Assembly: GCA_016180965.1 (NCBI GenBank)
Contig: JACPAF010000001.1
Location: 109,860-173,859, forward strand
Source of the DNA: Candidatus Aenigmatarchaeota archaeon
GTDB taxonomy: Archaea; Aenigmatarchaeota; Aenigmatarchaeia; JACPZZ01
Direction: 5' to 3'
Length of the DNA stretch: 64,000 nt
Shown: positions 17,884 through 27,813 of the stretch, piece by piece
Layout: the number at the start of each line of letters is the position of its first letter
Numbering within the stretch: position 1 is the first letter of the stretch
Made by a program: the position numbers and the translations under genes
Notes under the pieces: model-generated
Told to the model about the DNA's origin: nothing
Database searches by the model: none
The model's input: the letters and a program-made list of their open reading frames with translations, nothing else

Positions 17884-18219
17884 ATGAAAAAGTCAAAAAT
17901 TTCAAAAAAGTTTGGCTTGGATGAATTAAAAAAAGCTGCTCCTCTTGGAGCGGCTGTTCTTGTTATTATTGTTTTATTTTTTGCTTACTTTTACGACTTC
18001 AATCCTACGGTTTGCAAGGACAGCGACAGGGGTGCGAATCTATATGCCAAAGGGACGTGCAGGATAAACGGGACTTCTTTCGTTGATAGTTGCTCTGGAA
18101 TAAGTGTTAAAGAATACTCGTGCGGCGCGGACAGCAGCTGCGTTTACTCGGTTTTTTCGTGCGCGCAAGGATCGAGTTGCGTGAACGGGGCATGCGTCGG
18201 TGGGACGGACAAAGCTTAA
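17884..18219 (+). CDS. Small membrane-anchored/secreted Cys-rich protein
   Basis: N-terminal TM segment (AAVLVIIVLFFAYFY), followed by a ~70-aa domain with 10 Cys. Confidence 0.6.
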   Translation: MKKSKISKKFGLDELKKAAPLGAAVLVIIVLFFAYFYDFNPTVCKDSDRGANLYAKGTCRINGTSFVDSCSGISVKEYSCGADSSCVYSVFSCAQGSSCVNGACVGGTDKA

Positions 18220-18251
18220 ATTCTCCTACGGATAATGTTGTTCGTGATTAA

Positions 18252-18725
18252 ATGCCTGTAATTGGTATGCAATTGACTAAGATTGAGGCTTCGCGGAAGT
18301 CGAATCCTACGCCCGGATTTAAGGTAGAATCGATGCCGACCATAGTTTCTGTTGAAGAGAAAGAATTGCCGGCAATAGGCAACGGCGGCAAGGTTCTCGT
18401 GATAAATTTCTTGTTCACTGTGGATTACAGGCCGGATATAGCCAACATTAAAATTTCCGGCGAAATACTTTACTTGGAAGAAGGCGAGCGTGTGGGGGCG
18501 AAAACTTGGGCGAAAAACAAGGCACTGCCACAGAATGTCATGATTGAAGTCTATAACACGATATTCAGGAAGGGGTTGTTAAAGGCCCTTGTGCTGTCGG
18601 ATGATATGCAGCTGCCTCCTCCATTGCAAGTTCCGATCGTGACGCCGAAAAAAACTTCTGAAAAGAGCAAAGACTCAAAGGACGACGAAGAAAGCGTTGA
18701 AGGCCAGAGCAACTATATAGGATAA
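18252..18725 (+). CDS. Hypothetical protein with an acidic/Lys-rich tail
   Basis: Clean 157-aa ORF. No family recognised. Confidence 0.6.
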   Translation: MPVIGMQLTKIEASRKSNPTPGFKVESMPTIVSVEEKELPAIGNGGKVLVINFLFTVDYRPDIANIKISGEILYLEEGERVGAKTWAKNKALPQNVMIEVYNTIFRKGLLKALVLSDDMQLPPPLQVPIVTPKKTSEKSKDSKDDEESVEGQSNYIG

Positions 18726-18811
18726 AATTTTTTTCTTGGTGCAATGAAAAGATACTAATAATTGCCTTCGCGCACAATTATTATAATGAAAATTAAATAA
18801 TTTTTTCTAAA

Positions 18812-19279
18812 CTAAGCCGCCGATAACTCGGCCAGCATTCTCTCAAACAATTCCGGCGTATAATGCTTGACTCTTTTCAAAGTTTCTTTGTCGCTGGATC
18901 CCCTCATCAATAATGACTCTTCGACATAAACACGGCCGTCCGGCAAAATCAATTCGTGCGCAACGGACAAAGGTTCGCTGGGTTTTATTCCGTCCCTTTC
19001 AATCGACATGGAGCTGCCGGACGGGGATGAATCAACGATAATCTGTCTTCCATCGGTGAGGCCATAAAGGCCGAACTTTCTTTGTGCCAGCAACCCGCTG
19101 TTATATCTTATCCGTACTATTTCGTCGCCGATACTCCGCACAGGCCTTTCCGCATTCCGGTTGTTTTCCCCAACATAATGTATTGTGCCGCCAATAAATT
19201 CTACCGCTATTTTACCTTTGACAGGTTTGCCGCCGTTCATGCTAAATTCGACGGCGAACAAATAGGGCTTGTTTTGCAT
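18812..19279 (-). CDS. Hypothetical protein (155 aa)
   Basis: Clean ORF. No family recognised. Confidence 0.6.
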   Translation of the reverse strand: MQNKPYLFAVEFSMNGGKPVKGKIAVEFIGGTIHYVGENNRNAERPVRSIGDEIVRIRYNSGLLAQRKFGLYGLTDGRQIIVDSSPSGSSMSIERDGIKPSEPLSVAHELILPDGRVYVEESLLMRGSSDKETLKRVKHYTPELFERMLAELSAA

Positions 19280-19354
19280 AAAATGTTCTATGCTACCGAA
19301 AGGATTTAAACCGCATTCGGATCAACTCATAAACCCCCGACACGTTTTAATTGT

Positions 19355-19870
19355 ATGATCGCACTTTTTGTAGGGCGTTTTCAACCTTTCCACCTAGGCC
19401 ATTTACACGCTATAAAAAAGATACTGGAAAAATACGATAATATTTTAATCGCAATAGGAAGCGCAAACGCATCACGCCAACGCAGCAACCCGTTTTCTTT
19501 TGATGAACGCAAAAAAATGGCAGAAGTTGTGTTGAAAGAGGAAAATATTTTTGAGGGGTGCAAAATCGTTGGCCTTCCGGATATTCCTGATGACAAAAAG
19601 TGGGCCGAAGAGATTGAAAAATATGATTTTGACGTTGTCGTTACGGGCAATGATTGGACGAAAAAATGTTTGGAAAAGGATTATAAAATCGCTGCGCCGG
19701 ATTTTTTGGAGCCGGAAAAATACAACGCTACACGGATAAGGAATATAATCCGCCTGCGCGGTGAATGGAAACATTTGGTTCCGGAAGAGGTTTATGAGTT
19801 CGTAACGAAGAAATTAAAATCCGGCGAAGTTAAGATTGACGGCGTTGTTGAAAAAACTGCGGACTGGTAA
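19355..19870 (+). CDS. nadM: Nicotinamide-nucleotide adenylyltransferase (archaeal NadM type)
   Basis: GRFQPFHLGHLHAIKKI, IAIGSA, NPFSFDERKKM, ...YNATRIRN...WKHLVP closely parallels the M. jannaschii NMNAT pattern. Confidence 0.9.
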   Translation: MIALFVGRFQPFHLGHLHAIKKILEKYDNILIAIGSANASRQRSNPFSFDERKKMAEVVLKEENIFEGCKIVGLPDIPDDKKWAEEIEKYDFDVVVTGNDWTKKCLEKDYKIAAPDFLEPEKYNATRIRNIIRLRGEWKHLVPEEVYEFVTKKLKSGEVKIDGVVEKTADW

Positions 19871-19873
19871 TTT

Positions 19874-20110
19874 TTATTTCTTCATCATGCCGGTTTGCTT
19901 GGCGTAATACGCTGCGGCTGCTGCCAACAAGATAAAACCCAAAACTAAATGAATTGTGTGCTCCAGACCATAGCCGAAACCGGAACTGATGTGCAGGTCG
20001 TGGGGCGCGAGTGCGTAGAATGCGCCCAGTATAACTAGTATGGCGATGGCGACCATGCCGGACGTGCTTAATTTTTGGTTTTTCACAAAATTATTTGGTT
20101 TTCCGGTCAT
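19874..20110 (-). CDS. Small two-TM membrane protein
   Basis: 78 aa with two hydrophobic helices. Confidence 0.55.
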   Translation of the reverse strand: MTGKPNNFVKNQKLSTSGMVAIAILVILGAFYALAPHDLHISSGFGYGLEHTIHLVLGFILLAAAAAYYAKQTGMMKK

Positions 20111-20173
20111 ATATTAATTTGTTTCCGACCAGAATTATATTTTCTTGTTGTCGAATGCTGTGTCCGTGACAGT

Positions 20174-20680
20174 TCATTGACTGGTTTTTGCGGTGGTAAT
20201 ACTTGTCCGAGAATTTCCGCTCCCGTTGCCCGCGTACAGCTCTGCCCGTTTAAATGTCTCGTCGAAAAGCGCATGGCTTAACGCCTTCAATGCGCCGTCA
20301 TTAAGAACTACCGCAGACCGGCGGTCGCATAAATGGCGAACCAAAGAAACATATCGGGGGTCGTCCGCGAATTCGCTATCTGTGCTCATTTGAACGAAAC
20401 CCGCGTCAAGCTCGTTGTAAATTACTATGTCTACCGGCATGGCTCTTATGTCTCCGCGTGCGGGAAATGTAGCTTTTATTGTTAATTCCCTCTGGCGCCC
20501 TCCAGGACCGTATCTCAGCGCGGACTCGCCTTTAGCGTGTTGCGAACCCAACATTGCGTAGACCCTTTTTACATCAAAAAGCCCCCTGTCGTATTCCACC
20601 CAGACCGCGCCGCGGTCTTTTGCCAATAGTATTGCTTTGTTGCTTCTGTTTCCGTCCAAATAGTTCTTGTCGTAAGTCAT
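20174..20680 (-). CDS. Hypothetical protein (orphan island)
   Basis: 168-aa ORF. No motif recognised. Confidence 0.55.
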   Translation of the reverse strand: MTYDKNYLDGNRSNKAILLAKDRGAVWVEYDRGLFDVKRVYAMLGSQHAKGESALRYGPGGRQRELTIKATFPARGDIRAMPVDIVIYNELDAGFVQMSTDSEFADDPRYVSLVRHLCDRRSAVVLNDGALKALSHALFDETFKRAELYAGNGSGNSRTSITTAKTSQ

Positions 20681-20776
20681 GAAAATACTGTATAGTTGAA
20701 AGATTTAAACGCTTCTGCGCAGGTTCAATTTTTTTGACTGACTGGAATTTAATTGCGTTGCCATAAATTAAGTTAC

Positions 20777-21226
20777 ATGACAAATGTCCGTGAATCTGTA
20801 ACTGAGTATCTGGGCTCCCGTTTAAACGGTTTGCGTTCCGGTGTCGCCTCGCGTTACAGGTTGGGTCCGGAATACCCAAATTTCAACAGATATGCACGCA
20901 CAGATGAGTTTTTGGAACAAGCAGGGGTTGTAGACAGGAGTTATAACTCTTCGCGCAACGGAAGGATAATATCGGTCACAAACCATGTTAAGGCTGATGG
21001 TACGCCTCAGGTCGATTGTGCGTTCGATGATGTTGTCCAAGACGTACTGCGCAAAAGACAGGTCCGTATTAGGGCTGACAGACCGGAGGACAGCTTAATT
21101 CATGATGTACTGGTCGACGCGGGATTGCTTAGAAAAGAGACTGACACCAACAGAAGGAGCGGAAATATCCTCGTCAATGTTTATTCTCTGACTGATCTTG
21201 GGCGTTTGTACGAGACGGCTTCGTAA
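20777..21226 (+). CDS. Hypothetical protein (orphan island)
   Basis: First ATG of the 20753 ORF. No motif recognised. Confidence 0.5.
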   Translation: MTNVRESVTEYLGSRLNGLRSGVASRYRLGPEYPNFNRYARTDEFLEQAGVVDRSYNSSRNGRIISVTNHVKADGTPQVDCAFDDVVQDVLRKRQVRIRADRPEDSLIHDVLVDAGLLRKETDTNRRSGNILVNVYSLTDLGRLYETAS

Positions 21227-21431
21227 AATAGTATATTATATATGATGTCCGAATTCTTCAACGAACTCTAACACACGAAGAACGGGTTTACGACTTAACA
21301 TGTGGTTTTCGCTTGTTTCTATCAACGGTGATTTTCGGGTTGCTGTATGAAAAATTAACACTAAATCGTCCGTATTGTGTCGATCTCTTCCGACAATTGA
21401 CGACGGCTGATGTGAAATAACGAAGTGTCGG

Positions 21432-22091
21432 TCATCTGTCGGCTTGGGTTGGGATATAAGTTGTTTTTTGTCCGCCACTTTCGCATACCACATAAAGGAA
21501 AGAGTTTGATTCCATGAATAGAACCACCTCATCGTCGACAAACCTAACTGGGACCGGGCTTGGAAAAAAGAAGGGCGTGTCGTCCGGTGTTCGGAAGCCT
21601 CTGGAGTTCAATATTGGACCGTGTCTGGTTTCAAGAAATGCTTCTTCCAGAATTTTGCCTTCGTAAAGGCTTGATAACAGACTGGTTATGACAGCTGGAT
21701 CTTCAACCGCTATTTTAGCCTCTTCTACCACATCAGGCGTCAAATATTCGGCTATTGTCGCTTCCTTGCCTTCGGGAAACAGGTTTAGCTGGCCCATCGG
21801 AGCGTCTAATCTGCTTAGCAGAGCTCGGTTGAAAGAGTTGGGTTTGTAAACCAGGTCGATAGAATGGCTGTTTGCCTTAAGGTAGATACCGGTTCCGTCG
21901 TCTCGAACGTAAAATTTCTGAACTGCTGTTCCCCGCAACCCTCTACAAAATTGTGCAAAAGTTGGCGATGCTATGCCATACCTCTCACTTGTGTAAAGCG
22001 GCTTTTCTTCTGACATCTCACTTAGTTGTTTTTCCTTGTATTTATTTGTTACTGGTTGGTGGTTCTTTTTTCTGGAAACTCTAACCCTCAC
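21432..22091 (-). CDS. Hypothetical protein, possibly frameshift-disrupted (continues in ORF 21236-21541)
   Basis: GTG start at 22091, or ATG at 22016. The 3' 110 nt overlap a second open frame on the same strand, and an A6 run lies in the overlap. Confidence 0.5.
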   Translation of the reverse strand: MRVRVSRKKNHQPVTNKYKEKQLSEMSEEKPLYTSERYGIASPTFAQFCRGLRGTAVQKFYVRDDGTGIYLKANSHSIDLVYKPNSFNRALLSRLDAPMGQLNLFPEGKEATIAEYLTPDVVEEAKIAVEDPAVITSLLSSLYEGKILEEAFLETRHGPILNSRGFRTPDDTPFFFPSPVPVRFVDDEVVLFMESNSFLYVVCESGGQKTTYIPTQADR

Positions 22092-22259
22092 TTTGCAAAT
22101 AACATATATTTACTATAAAATATATTTCATTTATTATTCTGTTTGTTATATAGTTTTTTATATTTGTTTTATTACCACTAGTTTTTAACAGCTGTTTTAT
22201 AGAATAGTTATTTATTAAATTTGTTAAGATTGGCGAATTTTCACAGGGGCCGTGAGAGT

Positions 22260-22679
22260 TCATACAAAGGACATCTCTTTATCCAACTGCTCGGCACGCG
22301 ACTGGAGCTTTTCTAACACTTTATCGGTGTCTTTGCGTATATTTTGTATAATGCGGGAGATTTCCCCTTCTGATAAGCTGTACTCGTTTGCTGAAAGCTT
22401 TTTTACGAGCCCGGAGTCAATTAGGCGCCCCATATATTTGTAGCATGTTGACCTTGGGACGCCGATATGGGTCTGTATTTCCTCGATTTTGGCTGTTTTT
22501 GGGCGGTTTTCCGGGCCCTTGGCCTGCATCCTGCCTGCCAAAAACATGAAGATGTCAGTCATTTTATCGCCCTGCTCGTCGCGGTTAATAAGGCCTAACG
22601 AGTTTAATAGCCAGTTGCAAACCAATCGCGCGTCCTTGGTTTTGGGTATTGGTAAATCGGAAATCGTGATTTTTTGCAT
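22260..22679 (-). CDS. Winged-helix transcriptional regulator
   Basis: IEEIQTHIGVPRSTCYKYMGRLIDSGLVKK is an HTH plus wing. The C-terminus is coiled-coil. Confidence 0.65.
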   Translation of the reverse strand: MQKITISDLPIPKTKDARLVCNWLLNSLGLINRDEQGDKMTDIFMFLAGRMQAKGPENRPKTAKIEEIQTHIGVPRSTCYKYMGRLIDSGLVKKLSANEYSLSEGEISRIIQNIRKDTDKVLEKLQSRAEQLDKEMSFV

Positions 22680-22859
22680 ATCTAGAATAGTCTCGGATGA
22701 CTTATATAGGTTGCTGAGTCGTGGTGTGTGAACTTTAGCGATTTTCGCAAATTTAGTGTATATCGAGGAAAAGTCTCAGATGGTATATAAGGATAGGGTT
22801 TTGGCCATTCGTGGCACCCTGATTACATGGCAAAACATGCGAAAATAATGGTGTCACGA

Positions 22860-23174
22860 TTATTGTGGAATTTCCTTGGTTTTGTGGGTTTTTTCAAGGT
22901 TGGTTATCTTCATTACCAGGCCTTCAAGGTAGTTTGCGATCTCTTTGCCGTCGTCTGTTAGCTCGATCATCTTGATTCTACCCGTCTTTTTGAAGGTAAC
23001 AAGGCCCATTTTACGGAATTGCTCCAACAACTTAACTGTATGGGAAAAGGTGCAATTGACTTCTTTCGCCAATTGGGATGCGTATTTGGGCATTTTAGCC
23101 GATATTAGTAATCTGGCTGGCTTTTCGTGCAAAAATAAGCCTTCCAGGATGTTATTTTCCTCAATTTCCGCCAA
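22860..23174 (-). CDS. ArsR/TrmB-like winged-helix regulator
   Basis: ASQLAKEVNCTFSHTVKLLEQFRKMGLVTFKKTGRIKMIELT is a wHTH. Confidence 0.7.
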   Translation of the reverse strand: MAEIEENNILEGLFLHEKPARLLISAKMPKYASQLAKEVNCTFSHTVKLLEQFRKMGLVTFKKTGRIKMIELTDDGKEIANYLEGLVMKITNLEKTHKTKEIPQ

Positions 23175-23308
23175 AGTCTCACTCCAACATGTGACTACAA
23201 TTACTCTGTTTTTCAGAACTTAAATAGTTTTTATTATATATTTTATAATATAATATTCTATACGTATTATTTATTCTATTTATATATAAGTATATTTCTA
23301 AATGCATG

Positions 23309-24340
23309 TTATTTCGTATTACTTTTTGATTCCAACGCAAACGTCGTTACGATCACTAGAAATCCAAGGATGAGTGAGAGCATGAATGTTAACAAACCCT
23401 TGTCCGGGACTATCAAAACTTCCGAAGCGCTGTAAACCAGGAAATTTAGCGCGAACCCTAAAATGATAAGGTTGATGGCTTGTTTGTAATGATCTGGATG
23501 GCTGATTAACCAACCTATAACTGACATGATTTCGGCCAGGAAGTAGATGTACACTGAACTGTAGGCAAACATTCCGAGGGCTTTGTACCAGATTTGGGGA
23601 CCCGCGATCACCGTTGCTTCGTAACCTTTCGATGTCGCTATCAGGCCGATGGCCATGGCCGATACGTAGAGGAAGAATGTTGTTTTTCTCACCTGCAGCG
23701 AGAATTTTAACTCACGCAAGAAACTGCCGACCAACCCCTCGAGCCCAAAGCCTTTGACGAATAAGAAAGTTCCCACAACCCCGAGAATAAACCTCCAAGC
23801 GACCACATCGAATATAGAAAACAATATGAATGCTATTGCCGGCAAACCAAAAACCACACGAGCCAACCGCGGGTTTTCCAGGGAGTGTCTGATGAAATTT
23901 TGGATGGCAAAATAAAAACCTTCATAACGTTCGCTCTGACGTACGATCACGCGACGAACTGATATTATGCCGGCTTTGGAAGACAAAAGCGGTATGATAT
24001 ATTCGTCGCTTGCGCCGTCGCTGACAAACACAATTCCATCAGGCTTAAATTTTTTGGTGATTTCGTCCAACTGCTTTACGATTTCCCTGTCCGCTTTGAG
24101 TCCTTCCTCTTTGTGGCCTGTGATTGTTGCAACTTCAACGTCGGACGCTTGCGCCAATTCGTCGCTGACCTTTACAGCTTCGAATATTGCATTGGTGTCC
24201 GAGTCGCCGGGATCACTCAACCCCATGGCGGTTGCTAAAGAAATGTTTTTTTCCCTTCCCAATACCGGGCCCTTGAAATGGGTTTTGCGCCCAACGTCGT
24301 CGTCGCGATCCGCGCACAATACAAGAATTCTTTTTTTCAT
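23309..24340 (-). CDS. DUF373-like archaeal membrane protein
   Basis: The N-terminal soluble domain ILVLCADRDDDVGRK...IVFVSDGASDE, followed by about 6 TM helices, matches my memory of the DUF373 architecture. Confidence 0.65.
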   Translation of the reverse strand: MKKRILVLCADRDDDVGRKTHFKGPVLGREKNISLATAMGLSDPGDSDTNAIFEAVKVSDELAQASDVEVATITGHKEEGLKADREIVKQLDEITKKFKPDGIVFVSDGASDEYIIPLLSSKAGIISVRRVIVRQSERYEGFYFAIQNFIRHSLENPRLARVVFGLPAIAFILFSIFDVVAWRFILGVVGTFLFVKGFGLEGLVGSFLRELKFSLQVRKTTFFLYVSAMAIGLIATSKGYEATVIAGPQIWYKALGMFAYSSVYIYFLAEIMSVIGWLISHPDHYKQAINLIILGFALNFLVYSASEVLIVPDKGLLTFMLSLILGFLVIVTTFALESKSNTK

Positions 24341-24466
24341 ACAATCCCTTTTTGCAAAAATCTATTCACAATTCATTTTCCAGAAATATAAGCAAAAACG
24401 GATGCGTGCGATTAACGGCTGCAGATGAACGCAAAAGGATAAAAGCAAGGTTATGCAATTTTTGTT

Positions 24467-24676
24467 ATGGTTGAACTTCCTTACGCTGCTTGCGAGCGCG
24501 TTCTAAGAAAAATCGGGGGCGGGCGGGTTGGCAAAGATGCGGTCGATGAGTTTGCGAAAACGCTTGAGGGCGTGGCGATTGAACTGTCCGCGGAAGCTGC
24601 GACGATGGCGCGGCATGCTGGGCGAAAAACTATCATTGACGCTGATATACGGCTAGCGAAGAAGAAGCTGGTTTAA
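24467..24676 (+). CDS. Archaeal histone (HMf family)
   Basis: 69 aa. ELPYAACERVLRK...ARHAGRKTIIDADIRLA parallels HMfB. Confidence 0.9.
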   Translation: MVELPYAACERVLRKIGGGRVGKDAVDEFAKTLEGVAIELSAEAATMARHAGRKTIIDADIRLAKKKLV

Positions 24677-24738
24677 CATCGAGCTATAGGAACTCCATTT
24701 TAGTTCGGATATTAATACGCTTAATTTCAATTCTTAAC

Positions 24739-25737
24739 ATGCTTTCACTTGAGGAGATAGTCAGCAAGATTTCTGAACAGGTCGGATTGGACAATATTTC
24801 CATCCAGCAAAAGATAGAGGATAAAAAGGCGGAATTGTCCGGGTTAATTTCCTCGGAAGGCGCGGCCCATTTGGTTGCGCGTGATTTGAATGTGGACATA
24901 TTAACTCGTGTGACCCACAAGCTGGAGATAAAAAACATTGTTCCCGGAATGCGCAACACCGAAATTACTGCGCGCGTTTTTCGTGTGTTTGCTGCGCGCG
25001 AATTTGAGAGAAACGGCAACAAAGGAAGGGTCTCCAACATCGTTTTATGGGATCCTACAGGCACTATACGCATGTCGTTGTGGAACGACGAGATAAAAAT
25101 TCTGGAAAACCTGAAAGAGGGCGACATAGTAAAAGTAATGGGTTACAGCAAAGAAGACAACCGCGGAGAACCGGAATTACGATTGGGCAACAGAGGCAAA
25201 ATAGAAAAAGTTGATATTGAATTTCCTTCGATAAACAACGCTGTGAGTGAACAAAAAGGCGGCAACCTTGGAGAATTGCGCGAGGGCGTGACAACCAAAA
25301 TACGCGGTGCCATTGTCCAAATGTTTGAATCGGACCCGTTCTATGAAATATGCCCGCAATGCGGCATTCGTGTGCGAGCGAACGACAATAAATTTTTCTG
25401 CGACGAACATCAATATGTGGCGCCGGATTATTCTATGGTTTTATCCTGTGTGATCGATGATGGTACAATGTCCATGAGAGCGGTGTTTTTCCGCGACGTG
25501 GCGCAAAAACTCATTGGAATGGACGTGCAAACCGCGCTTTCCCTTGCGCGAGAGCGCATGAACAGGACAGCACCGATAACTGAAAAGGCGCCGAACCTGC
25601 TAGGGCGGGAAATGCTGTTTTCCGGGCGCGTAAAAAGAAACCAGATGTTCGACAGGCTTGAATTTATCGTTTCAGACATAAACGAAATTAATCCTATAGA
25701 AGAGTCCGATAAGATTTTAGTTGCAATGGGCGGTTAA
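24739..25737 (+). CDS. rpa: Replication protein A (RPA) with OB folds and a zinc finger
   Basis: N-terminal [20 protein letters not shown]-fold blocks, and [20 protein letters not shown]. Confidence 0.8.
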   Translation: MLSLEEIVSKISEQVGLDNISIQQKIEDKKAELSGLISSEGAAHLVARDLNVDILTRVTHKLEIKNIVPGMRNTEITARVFRVFAAREFERNGNKGRVSNIVLWDPTGTIRMSLWNDEIKILENLKEGDIVKVMGYSKEDNRGEPELRLGNRGKIEKVDIEFPSINNAVSEQKGGNLGELREGVTTKIRGAIVQMFESDPFYEICPQCGIRVRANDNKFFCDEHQYVAPDYSMVLSCVIDDGTMSMRAVFFRDVAQKLIGMDVQTALSLARERMNRTAPITEKAPNLLGREMLFSGRVKRNQMFDRLEFIVSDINEINPIEESDKILVAMGG

Positions 25738-25738
25738 T

Positions 25739-26677
25739 ATGAAAAAGATTGAGATTGAAGATTTACCGGGAGTCGGGCCGAAGGTTGCGGAAAAATTACG
25801 CGAAGTTGGGTACAACGATTTGATGACTATTGCGGCCGCCTCTTCTGGAGAATTAGCTGACGTCGCGGGTGTCGGAGAGATAACCGCTGCGAAGATAATT
25901 GAGGCTGCGCGTGATTCGTTGGAAATGGGCTTTGATACCGCTGAAAAGTTAAAGGAGAAAAGAAAAACCGTAGGTTTTATTACGACCGGTTCGAAGGCGC
26001 TGGACGATTTGCTTGGCGGCGGGATAGAGACGCAGTCGATGACCGAGGCTTACGGAGCTTTTGGTTCGGGCAAGAGCCAGCTTGGATTCCAATTATTGAT
26101 TAACGTGCAATTGCCTCTAGAAAAGGGCGGGTTAAATGCGAAGGGAATGATGATAGATTGTGAAAATACTTTCAGGCCCGTGCGCATTGAACAGCTCGCA
26201 AAGGGCGCCGGTTTGGATCCGCAGAAAGCGTTGAAAAATATACTTGTGGCCCGCGCGCATAATTCAGATCATCAAATGTTGCTTGCAGAAAAGGCTGCGG
26301 ATATGATTGAGAAGAATGATATCAAGCTGATTGTTGTTGACGGGTTGATGTCGAATTTCCGAGCGGATTACACTGGACGCGGGACGCTTTCGGAAAGGCA
26401 GCAGAAATTAAACCGCCATTTACACCATTTACTGAGAATGGCTGATACACACAACGTAGCGATTTATGTTACGAACCAGGTTATGGCAAGACCAGACATG
26501 ATGTTCGGCGACCCGACTGCTCCTATAGGCGGGCACATACTAGGACATGCTTCCACTGTGAGATTTTATTTGCGTAAGAGTAAGGAGGACAAGCGTATTG
26601 TGCGCTTGATAGATTCGCCACACCTCCCGGAAGGCGAAGCCGTGTTCAAAGTTACTCCGGACGGTATACGGGATTAG
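25739..26677 (+). CDS. radA: DNA repair and recombination protein RadA
   Basis: HhH N-domain ([17 protein letters not shown]), Walker [10 protein letters not shown], Walker B LIVVDGL, and the tail typical of RadA. Confidence 0.95.
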   Translation: MKKIEIEDLPGVGPKVAEKLREVGYNDLMTIAAASSGELADVAGVGEITAAKIIEAARDSLEMGFDTAEKLKEKRKTVGFITTGSKALDDLLGGGIETQSMTEAYGAFGSGKSQLGFQLLINVQLPLEKGGLNAKGMMIDCENTFRPVRIEQLAKGAGLDPQKALKNILVARAHNSDHQMLLAEKAADMIEKNDIKLIVVDGLMSNFRADYTGRGTLSERQQKLNRHLHHLLRMADTHNVAIYVTNQVMARPDMMFGDPTAPIGGHILGHASTVRFYLRKSKEDKRIVRLIDSPHLPEGEAVFKVTPDGIRD

Positions 26678-26784
26678 AAATGATTTGTACGTAAGATCCG
26701 ACCTCGTTTGGTTGAATTTTCGGCTTTCCTATACGTATCAAGCCGGGGTTGGCTGTGTTTTTATTAACCAAGACTCACAATTCT

Positions 26785-26829
26785 AATTGTCGGTTAACCG
26801 ACAATTCGTCTTGTCGGTCATAACCGACA
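26785..26829. promoter_or_regulatory. Two TGTCGG palindromes (candidate operators) abutting the start of the wHTH gene
   Basis: Perfect 22-bp palindrome AATTGTCGGTTAACCGACAATT (26785-26806) and TGTCGGT-CATA-ACCGACA (26812-26829). The gene ATG is at 26834. Confidence 0.6.
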
Positions 26830-26833
26830 GTTG

Positions 26834-27472
26834 ATGTATATGGGGTTTGTTGATTCGATAAAAGCGCTTATTTTCGGCAGGAAAGAGCCTGTTAAACAGA
26901 TTTTACAAGAAACAACCCAACAGCCGTTGGAACATGACAAACCTGTCAAAATGACCCCCGAAGAGTTCGAAGAATTCCTGCGAAAAGGCGGTAATATGGA
27001 TTACACAATAAACAGGGTGGAGAACATGGAAAAGCGAATCAAGGCCATTTCGGAACATCCTATCCAGAAGAAGGTCATTGAACACGAAATATTTTCCGGC
27101 ATGCTTGAAACGATGAAAGAGATGAATTCTAAACTGTCTTATTTGCCCGAAGTTAGCGACCGGGTTAATGCGTTACCCACCAAGAACGAGCTTTACGCAT
27201 TGATGGAGAAGATGACCCCCGGAGCGCCGCGCGATGTTAAACGCGATTTGGATAAAATGGCCGGGAAGGTCGAATCGGAATTAGATGAGGCGTATTTGCT
27301 GTTGTTAAAGGGGAAAGGCGAGTTAACGGCAGACGCTGTCTCGCAGGAGTTTAAAATATCACGCAACACCGCATCAGAACGGTTAAACGCACTATGTGAC
27401 CTGGGTAAAATAAAGAAAATACGAAGAAACAGAAAGGTATTTTTCTCACTAACGTCTGATGGCGTTGTCTGA
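26834..27472 (+). CDS. Hypothetical protein with a C-terminal winged-helix domain
   Basis: The C-terminus LTADAVSQEFKISRNTASERLNALCDLGKIKKI is HTH-like. Confidence 0.6.
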   Translation: MYMGFVDSIKALIFGRKEPVKQILQETTQQPLEHDKPVKMTPEEFEEFLRKGGNMDYTINRVENMEKRIKAISEHPIQKKVIEHEIFSGMLETMKEMNSKLSYLPEVSDRVNALPTKNELYALMEKMTPGAPRDVKRDLDKMAGKVESELDEAYLLLLKGKGELTADAVSQEFKISRNTASERLNALCDLGKIKKIRRNRKVFFSLTSDGVV

Positions 27473-27488
27473 AGTCTCACTTTAGTTA

Positions 27489-27755
27489 TTAAGCAACTTC
27501 TTCTTCGCTGATTATGACGAAATCGCCGACGGATTTAACGGACGAGAATGGAATTAAACGCCGACCCTTTTTATCCTCTTGTAAATTCAAACCGTCTGCG
27601 TGTTTTGTCGGGTCGACCATTACCAAATTCATCAATTCGCCGGATTCTGTTATGAAGCTGATATCTCCGACGGTTCCGAATTTGCGTCCGGTCTCCTCAG
27701 AAACTACAATCTTGCCAACAAAATTTCTTGCACGTATTCTCTCTTCGCCTGCCAT
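27489..27755 (-). CDS. PRC-barrel domain protein
   Basis: 88 aa. FVGKIVVSEETGRKFGTVGDISF...IPFSSVKSVGDFVII is the typical archaeal PRC-barrel pattern. Confidence 0.75.
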   Translation of the reverse strand: MAGEERIRARNFVGKIVVSEETGRKFGTVGDISFITESGELMNLVMVDPTKHADGLNLQEDKKGRRLIPFSSVKSVGDFVIISEEEVA

Positions 27756-27813
27756 AATTAATCACCGATAACTGTAATTATAGCTCCAATACTTTAAATA
27801 TTGTTCGCTCCGA

